Source: Paragordius varius (Eukaryota; Animalia; Nematomorpha). From it: a DNA stretch of 64,000 nucleotides. Location: NCBI GenBank assembly GCA_964247055.1, contig OZ176058.1, forward strand, positions 4,092,001 through 4,156,000, written 5' to 3'. Of this stretch, positions 57,601-64,000 are shown piece by piece (position 1 is the first letter of the stretch; every line of letters begins with the position of its first letter). Below the pieces are notes generated by a model. That model was not told the origin of the DNA and did not search any database. It saw nothing but the letters and a program-made list of their open reading frames with translations. Position numbers and translations under genes: made by a program.

Positions 57601-60600
57601 AATAACTTTTTAGTGTTTCCAACAATCAATCATATATTTTCAACAATCAAATAATTTTCCAACAATAAATATGTTGCCCAATAGTTTTTTACTGTTTCCA
57701 ACAATTAAATAATTTTTTCAACAATCAAATTATGTTGTCTTTTAACTTTTTAGTGTTTCCAACAATCAAACATATATTTTCAACAATCAAATAATTTTTC
57801 CAACAATCAAAATATGTTTTCTTTTAACTTTTTAGTGTTTCCAACAATGAAACATATATTTTCAACAATCAAATAATTTTTCAAAATCAAAATATGTTGC
57901 CCAATAGCTTTTTAGTGTTTCCAACACTCAAACATATATTTTCAACAATCAAATAATTTTTCAAACAATCAAAATATGTTGCCCAATAGCTTTTTAGTAT
58001 TTCCAACAATCAAACATATATTTTCAACAATCAAATAATTTTTCCAACAATCAAACATATATTTTCAACAATCAAATAATTTTTCAAACAATCAAAATAT
58101 GTTCCCCAATAGCTTTTTAGTATTTCCAACAATCAAACATATATTTTCAACAATCAAATAATTTTTCCAACAATCAAATTATGTTGTCTTTTAACTTTTT
58201 AGTGTTTCCAACAATCAATCATATATTTTCAACAAAATAATTTCCACCAAAATATGATGCCCAATAGCTTTTTAGTGTTTCTAATTTCCAACAATCAAAA
58301 TTTGATTTCTTTTAACTTTTTAGTGTTTCCAACAATCAAACATATATTTTCAACAATCAAATAATTTTCCCAACAATCAAAATATGTTTTCTATTAACTT
58401 TTTAGTGTTTCCAACAATCAATCATATATTTTCAACAAAATAATTTCCAACAAAATATGATGCCCAATAGCTTTTTAGTGTTTCTAATTTCCAACAATCA
58501 AAATTTGATTTCTTTTAACTTTTTAGTGTTTCCAACAATCAAAAATATATTTTCAACAATCAAATAATTTTCCCAATAATCTTATTATGTTGTCTTTTAA
58601 CTTTTTAGTGTTTCCAACAATCAAACATATATTTTCAAGAATCAAATAATTTTTCCAACAATCAAAATATGTTCCCCAATAGCATTTTAGTATTTCCAAC
58701 AATCAAACATATATTTTCAACAATCAAATAATTTTTCCAACAATCAAATTATGTTGTCTTTTAACTTTTTAGTGTTTCCAACAATCTATCATATATTTTA
58801 AACAATCAAATAATTTTCCAACAATAAATATGTTGCCCAATAGTTTTTTACTGTTTCCAACAATTAAATAATTTTTTCAACAATAAAATTATGTTGTCTT
58901 TTAACTTTTTAGTGTTTCCAACAATCAAACATATTTCAACAATCAAATAATTTTTCCAACAATCAAATATGTTGCCCAATAGCTTTTTAGTATTTCCAAC
59001 AATCAAACATATATTTTCAACAATCAAATAATTTTTCCAACAATCAAAATATGTTCTAATAACTTTTTAGTGTTTCCAACAATCAAACATATATTTACAA
59101 CAATCAAATAATTTTTCAAACAATCAAAATATGTTGCCCAATAACTTTTTAGTGTTTCCAACAATCAATCATATATTTTCAACAATCAAATAATTTTCCA
59201 ACAATAAATATGTTGCCCAATAGTTTTTTACTGTTTCCAACAATTAAATAATTTTTTCAACAATCAAATTATGTTGTCTTTTAACTTTTTAGTGTTTCCA
59301 ACAATCAAACATATATTTTCAACAATCAAATAATTTTTCCAACAATCAAAATATGTTTTCTTTTAACTTTTTAGTGTTTCCAACAATGAAACATATATTT
59401 TCAACAATCAAATAATTTTTCGAAATCAAAATATGTTGCCCAATAGCTTTTTAGTGTTTCCAACAATCAAACATATATTTTCAACAATCAAATAATTTTT
59501 CAAACAATCAAAATATGTTGCCCAATAGCTTTTTAGTATTTCCAACAATCAAACATATATTTTCAACAATCAAATAATTTTTCCAACAATCAAAATATGT
59601 TGCCCAATAGCTTTTTAGTACTTCCAACAATCAAATAATTTTTCCAACAATCAAAATATGTTTTCTTTTAACTTTTTAGTGTTTCCAACAATCAAACATA
59701 TATTTTCAACAATCAAATATTTTTTTTAAAAATCAAAATATGTTGCCCAATAGCTTTTTAGTATTTCCAACAATCAAATAATTTTTCCAACAATCAAAAT
59801 ATGTTTTCTTTTAACTTTTTAGTGTTTCCAACAATCAAACATATATTTCAACAATCAAATAAATTTTCCAACAATCAAAATATGTTGCCCAATAGCTTTT
59901 TAGTATTTCCAACAATCAAACATATATTTTCAACAATCAAATAATTTTTCCAACAATCGAATTATGTTGTCTTTTAACTTTTTAGTGTTTCCAACAGTCA
60001 ATCATATATTTTCAACAATCAAATAATTTTCCAACAATAAATATGTTGCCCAATAGTTTTTTACTGTTTCCAACAATTAAATAATTTTTTCAACAATCAA
60101 ATTATGTTGTCTTTTAACTTTTTAGTGTTTCCAACAATCAAACATATATTTTCAACAATCAAATAATTTTTCCAACAATCAAAATATGTTTTCTTTTAAC
60201 TTTTTAGTGTTTACAACAATCAAACATATATTTTCAACAATCAAATAATTTTTACAACAATCAAAATATGTTGCCCAATAGCTTTTTAGTGTTTCCAACA
60301 ATGAAACATATATTTTCAACAATCACATAATTTTTCAAACAATCAAAATATGTTGCCCAATAGCTTTTTAGTGTTTCCAACAATCAAACATATATTTTCA
60401 ACAATCAAATAATTTTTCAAACAATCAAAATATGTTCCCCAATAGCTTTTTAGTATTTCCAACAATCAAACATATATTTTCAACAATCAAATAATTTTTC
60501 CAACAATCAAATTATGTTGTCTTTTAACTTTTTAGTGTTTCCAACAATCAATCATATATTTTCAACAAAATAATTTCCAACAAAATATGATGCCCAATAG

Positions 60601-61400
60601 CTTTTTAGTGTTTCTAATTTCCAACAATCAAAATTTGATTTCTTTTAACTTTTTAGTGTTTCCAACAATCAAACATATATTTTCAACAATCAAATAATTT
60701 TCCCAACAATCAAAATATGTTTTCTATTAACTTTTTAGTTTTTCCAACAATCAAACATATATATTCAACAATCAAATAATTTCCAACAAAATATGATGCC
60801 CAAAAGCTTTTTAGTGTTTCTAATTTCCAACAATCAAAATTTGATTTCTTTTAACTTTTTAGTGTTTCCAACAATCAAACATATATTTTCAACAATCAAA
60901 TAATTTTTCCAACAATCAAAATATGTTTTCTTTTAACTTTTTAGTGTTTCCAACAATCAAACATATATTTTCAACAATCAAATAATTTTTTTAACAATCA
61001 AATAATTTTTTTAACAATCAAAATATGTTGCCAAATAGCTTTTTAGTATTTCCAACAATCAAATAATTTTTCCAACAATCAAAATATGTTGTCTTTTAAC
61101 TTTTTAGTGTTTCCAACAATCAAACATATATTTTCAACAATCAAATAATTTTTCCAACAATCAAAATATGTTGCCCAATAGCTTTTTAGTATTTCCAACA
61201 ATCAAACATATATTTTCAACAATCAAATAATTTTTCCAACAATCAAAATATGTTTTCGTTTAACTTTTTAGTGTTTCCAACAATCAAACATTAATTTTCA
61301 ACAATCAAATAATTTTTACAACAATCAAAATATGTTGCCCAATAGCTTTTTAGTGTTTCCAACAATGAAACATATATTTTCAACAATCAAATAATTTTTC
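52100..61400 (+). repeat. Dispersed segment duplication ~1.9 kb at offset ~7.37 kb (52100-54000; 59500-61400)
   Basis: CGAATT 52591/59958, doubled C + GCCAAATAG 53652/61030 and TTTTCGTTTAAC ~53880/61257 match. Confidence 0.75.
54980..59590 (+). repeat. Tandem HOR, period 1539 bp, ~3 copies
   Basis: TAGCATTTT at 55606/57145/58684 (+1539 twice), CCAACACTC at 56382/57921, and shortened C(A/G)AAATC at 56343/57882/59421. Confidence 0.92.
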
Positions 61401-64000
61401 AAACAATCAAAATATGTTGTCTTTTAACTTTTTAGTGTTTCCAACAATCAAACATATATTTTCAACAATCAAATAATTTTTTTAACAATCAAAATATGTT
61501 GCCCAATAGCTTTTTAGTATTTCCAACAATCAAATAATTTTTCCAACAATCAAAATATGTTTTCTTTTAACTTTTTAGTGTTTCCAACAATCAAACATAT
61601 ATTTCAACAATCAAATAAATTTTCCAACAATCAAAATATGTTGCCCAATAGCTTTTTAGTATTTCCAACAATGAAACATATATTTTCAACAATCAAATAA
61701 TTTTTCAAACAATCAAAATATGTTGCCCAATAGCTTTTTAGTACTTCCAACAATCAAATAATTTTTCCAACAATCAAAATATGTTTTCTTTTAACTTTTT
61801 AGTGTTTCCAACAATCAAACATATATTTTCAACAATCAAATAATTTTTTTAACAATCAAAATATGTTGCCCAATAGCTTTTTAGTATTTCCAACAATCAA
61901 ATAATTTTTCCAACAATCAAAATATGTTTTCTTTTAACTTTTTAGTGTTTCCAACAATCAAACATATATTTCAACAATCAAATAAATTTTCCAACAATCA
62001 AAATATGTTGCCCAATAGCTTTTTAGTATTTCCAACAATGAAACATATATTTTCAACAATCAAATAATTTTTCCAACAATCAAAATATGTTTTCTTTTAA
62101 CTTTTTAGTGTTTCCAACAATCAAACATATATTTTAAACAATCAAATAATTTTTACAACAATCAAAATATGTTGCCCAATAGCTTTTTAGTGTTTCCAAC
62201 AATGAAACATATATTTTCAACAATCAAATAATTTTTCAAACAATCAAAATATGTTGCCCAATAGCTTTTTAGTGTTTCCAACAATCAAACATATATTTTC
62301 AACAATCAAATAATTTTTCAAACAATCAAAATATGTTCCCCAATAGCTTTTTAGTATTTCCAACAATCAAACATATTCAACAATCAAATAATTTTTCCAA
62401 CATCAAATTATGTTGTCTTTTAACTTTTTAGTGTTTCCAACAATCAATCATATATTTTCAACAAAATAATTTCCAACAAAATATGATGCCCAATAGCTTT
62501 TTAGTGTTTCTAATTTCCAACAATCAAAATTTGATTTCTTTTAACTTTTTAGTGTTTCCAACAATCAAACTATTTTCAATAATCAAATAATTTTTCAAAC
62601 AATCAAAATATGTTACCCAATAGCTTTTTAGTATTTCTAACAATCAAACATATATTTTCAACAATCAAATAATTTTTCCAACAATCGAATTATGTTGTCT
62701 TTTAACTTTTTAGTGTTTCCAACAATCAATCATATATTTTCAACAATCAAATAATTTTCCAACAATAAATATGTTGCCCAATAGTTTTTTACTGTTTCCA
62801 ACAATTAAATAATTTTTTCAACAATCAAATTATGTTGTCTTTTAACTTTTTAGTGTTTCCAACAATCAAACATATATTTTCAACAATCAAATAATTTTTC
62901 CAACAATCAAATTATGTTGTCTTAACTTTATAGTGTTTTCAACAATCAATCATATATTTTCAACAATCAAATAATTTCTCCAACAATCAAAATATGATGC
63001 CCAATAACTTTTTAGTGTTTCCAACAATGAAACATATATTTTCAACAATCAAATAATTTTTCAAACAATCAAAATATGTTGCCCAATAGCTTTTTAGTGT
63101 TTCCAACAATCAAACATATATTTTCAACAATCAAATAATTTTTCAAACAATCAAAATATGTTGCCCAATAGCTTTTTAGTATTTCCAACAATCAAACATA
63201 TATTTTCAACAATCAAATAATTTTTCCAACAATCAAAATATGTTGCCCAATAGCTTTTTAGTACTTCCAACAATCAAATAATTTTTCCAACAATCAAAAT
63301 ATATTTTCTTTTAACTTTTTAGTGTTTCCAACAATCAAACATATATTTTCAACAATCAAATAATTTTTTTAAAAATCAAAATATGTTGCCCAATAGCTTT
63401 TTAGTATTTCCAACAATCAAATAATTTTTCCAACAATCAAAATATGTTTTCTTTTAACTTTTTAGTGTTTCCAACAATCAAACATATATTTCAACAATCA
63501 AATAAATTTTCCAACAATCAAAATATGTTGCCCAATAGCTTTTTAGTATTTCCAACAATCAAACATATATTTTCAACAATCAAATAATTTTTCCAACAAT
63601 CGAATTATGTTGTCTTTTAACTTTTTAGTGTTTCCAACAATCAATCATATATTTTCAACAATCAAATAATTTTCCAACAATAAATATGTTGCCCAACAGT
63701 TTTTTACTGTTTCCAAAAATTAAATAATTTTTTCAACAATCAAATTATGTTGTCTTTTAACTTTTTAGTGTTTCCAACAATCAAACATATATTTTCAACA
63801 ATCAAATAATTTTTCCAACAATCAAAATATGTTTTCTTCTAACTTTTTAGTGTTTCCAACAATCAAACATATATTTTCAACAATCAAATAATTTTTACAA
63901 CAATCAAAATATGTTGCCCAATAGCTTTTTAGTGTTTCCAACAATGAAACAGATATTTTCAACAATCACATAATTTTTCAAACAATCAAAATATGTTGCC

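Larger units (their letters stand above)
1..64000. repeat. AT-rich tandem satellite array, ~82-bp monomer (41+21+20 bp subunits), single orientation, extends past both window edges
   Basis: Every line of the window consists of AACAATCAAA-headed subunits in A-B-C order with limited variants. I saw no inverted monomer and no non-repeat sequence. Confidence 0.99.
47250..64000 (+). repeat. Dispersed segment duplication ~1.35 kb at offset ~15.38 kb (47250-48600; 62630-64000)
   Basis: A pair of ATCGAATT markers ~916 bp apart occurs in both copies (47301/48217; 62684/63599). ACTTTATAGTG is at 47544/62925. Confidence 0.8.

Noticed and set aside
1-64000. CRISPR-like repeat/spacer pattern (constant AACAATCAAA followed by variable tails)
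   Set aside because: The constant part is only 10 bp, the tails come from a handful of recurring types rather than unique spacers, and there is no leader or cas gene.
1-64000. Canonical telomere repeats, transposon ends, rRNA/tRNA or other embedded unique sequence
   Set aside because: I saw no TTAGGG/TTTAGGG/TTAGG tandem tracts (one isolated TTTAGGG near 985 is a point variant), no terminal inverted repeats or target-site duplications, and no non-satellite segment.
1-64000. Short hairpins TGTTT-N9-AAACA and CAACA-N9-TGTTG in each monomer as terminators or structured RNA
   Set aside because: The AT-rich 5-bp stems are too weak to support a terminator or ncRNA call.
1-64000. Assignment to a named satellite family or organism
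   Set aside because: I do not recognise the 82-mer with confidence. A BLAST or satellite-database search is needed.
1-64000. Single-base T/A homopolymer length differences as biological signal
   Set aside because: Isolated ones may be sequencing errors. Only variants shared between duplicated copies were used as markers.

Overview
The whole 64-kb window is one uninterrupted, head-to-tail, AT-rich satellite DNA array (about 21-24% GC by hand count of consensus monomers; C:G about 4:1 on the + strand). I see no genes, RNA genes, transposons or unique sequence. The basic monomer is 82 bp: A (41 bp, AACAATCAAAATATGTTGCCCAATAGCTTTTTAGTATTTCC or its variant AACAATCAAAATATGTTTTCTTTTAACTTTTTAGTGTTTCC) + B (21 bp, AACAATCAAACATATATTTTC) + C (20 bp, AACAATCAAATAATTTTTCC). 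It is built from ~20-21 bp subunits, three of which start with AACAATCAAA. There are roughly 800 monomers (estimate). Above the monomer level there is no single fixed higher-order repeat (HOR). Instead there is a mosaic of recent local duplications (offsets ~0.24, 1.06, 1.54, 1.62, 1.65, 2.18, 2.20, 2.5, 2.64, 2.83, 2.85, 6.00, 7.37 and 15.4 kb). These fall into three domains with different diagnostic variants (~1-27 kb, ~27.4-38.8 kb, ~38.8-64 kb). The three supplied ORFs are chance open frames in the repeat. A eukaryotic heterochromatic (centromeric, pericentromeric or subtelomeric) origin is inferred from array size and structure; I cannot assign the organism or a named satellite family. 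The points of interest are architectural: ~20.5-bp length quantisation, a dimorphic box in the monomer, a recurrent 100-bp cassette containing a perfected palindrome, and layered expansion. No protein-coding system is present. Duplication boundaries were aligned by eye and are approximate (tens of bp).
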